A DNA stretch of 34,661 nucleotides from a virus. Taxonomy: Duplodnaviria; Caudoviricetes. The stretch is taken from positions 1-34,661 of IMG/VR virus record IMGVR_UViG_3300037883_000322; one strand, written 5' to 3'. Of the stretch, positions 34,241 through 34,661 are shown one piece after another. The position numbers and the translations under genes are program-made. Position 1 is the first letter of the stretch; the number at the start of each line of letters is the position of its first letter. The notes under the pieces are model-generated. The model saw only the letters and a list, made by a program, of their open reading frames with translations, did not search any database and was not told the origin of the DNA.

Positions 34241-34370
34241 TCCTCCGCACGCGGCGACGCCTCCTATGACTCCCATGAGGGATGTTCCGGCAAAGTGAAA
34301 GCTGTCCACGGCTTGATTGTATGGAATCGGTGATGGGAAGGTAAAAACGCAAGAAACGCAGAAAACGCCT

Positions 34371-34661
34371 CTAGCTTAATTCGTCAGGTCTGACAGCATC
34401 AACGTCAACAAATTTATTGGCATATGATTTGAAATTTGAAAACGCGTGGAATCGGACGTTGTTCCGGCGCAACCATTCAAGCGTTGCCGGGATATTCTCA
34501 TCGCGGCGAGCGGTTTGGATGACTATGTAATTATTTATGAACTGACGGTTAAGCCGTTCGATGTTTTCAATGATGGGCTTTGCGTTGAGACAGTCTTCCG
34601 GCGTCCATGACTCACCTTCGCATAGCGTCCCGTCCAAGTCCCAATTTTGTATTTCGGCCAT
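34371..34661 (-). CDS. Minimal HAD-superfamily phosphatase
   Basis: WDLDGT motif I, TAR motif II, T.EWL, K..VD.D motifs III/IV. Confidence 0.82.
   Translation of the reverse strand: MAEIQNWDLDGTLCEGESWTPEDCLNAKPIIENIERLNRQFINNYIVIQTARRDENIPATLEWLRRNNVRFHAFSNFKSYANKFVDVDAVRPDELS

Larger units (their letters stand above)
1..34661. mobile_element. Temperate phage / prophage, podovirus-like (no tape measure or sheath gene)
   Basis: Integrase, TerS-TerL-portal-scaffold-capsid-tail-ejection gene order, lysis-type genes and early recombination genes; att sites not visible. Confidence 0.93.

Noticed and set aside
1-34661. CRISPR array, DGR or retron
   Set aside because: No regularly spaced repeats, no reverse transcriptase ORF, and no TR/VR pair differing only at adenines were seen
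1-34661. attL/attR or terminal repeats
   Set aside because: The window starts and ends on start codons; no repeated core was seen at the ends
1-34661. Alternative genetic code
   Set aside because: Core genes are full length in the standard code and TAA, TAG and TGA all serve as stops; the two broken ORFs are frameshifts, not in-frame stops

Overview
The window is a near-complete temperate phage/prophage with podovirus-like (short-tail) gene content, running from the ATG of a tyrosine integrase (+) to the ATG of a small HAD phosphatase (-). A long minus-strand backbone carries early genes (two YopX, DUF6378-like, SSB-like, wHTH, NinG), TerS/TerL, portal, scaffold, major capsid, tail and probable ejection proteins. 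It continues with a papain-like peptidase plus holin-like genes, a frameshifted metallophosphoesterase, a HipA-like kinase and a lytic transglycosylase. Single plus-strand 'morons' and an SSB-like/CHC2-Toprim primase pair interrupt it. No CI-like repressor is recognisable. The apparently empty 1.1-2.9 kb region beside the integrase holds an unannotated module. It contains two paralogous type-I-toxin-like membrane peptides with occluded SD sites, a c4/CI-like antisense hairpin with flanking target sites, a 140-nt tRNA-like RNA with a T-arm nested in its T-loop, and a Zn-ribbon microprotein. Other notable points are an HNH domain inside a probable ejection protein, a capsid insertion domain, promoters with 16-bp spacers beside DnaA-box-like motifs, and a split between SD-less virion genes and SD-led accessory genes. 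All assignments come from reading motifs by eye; no searches were run.
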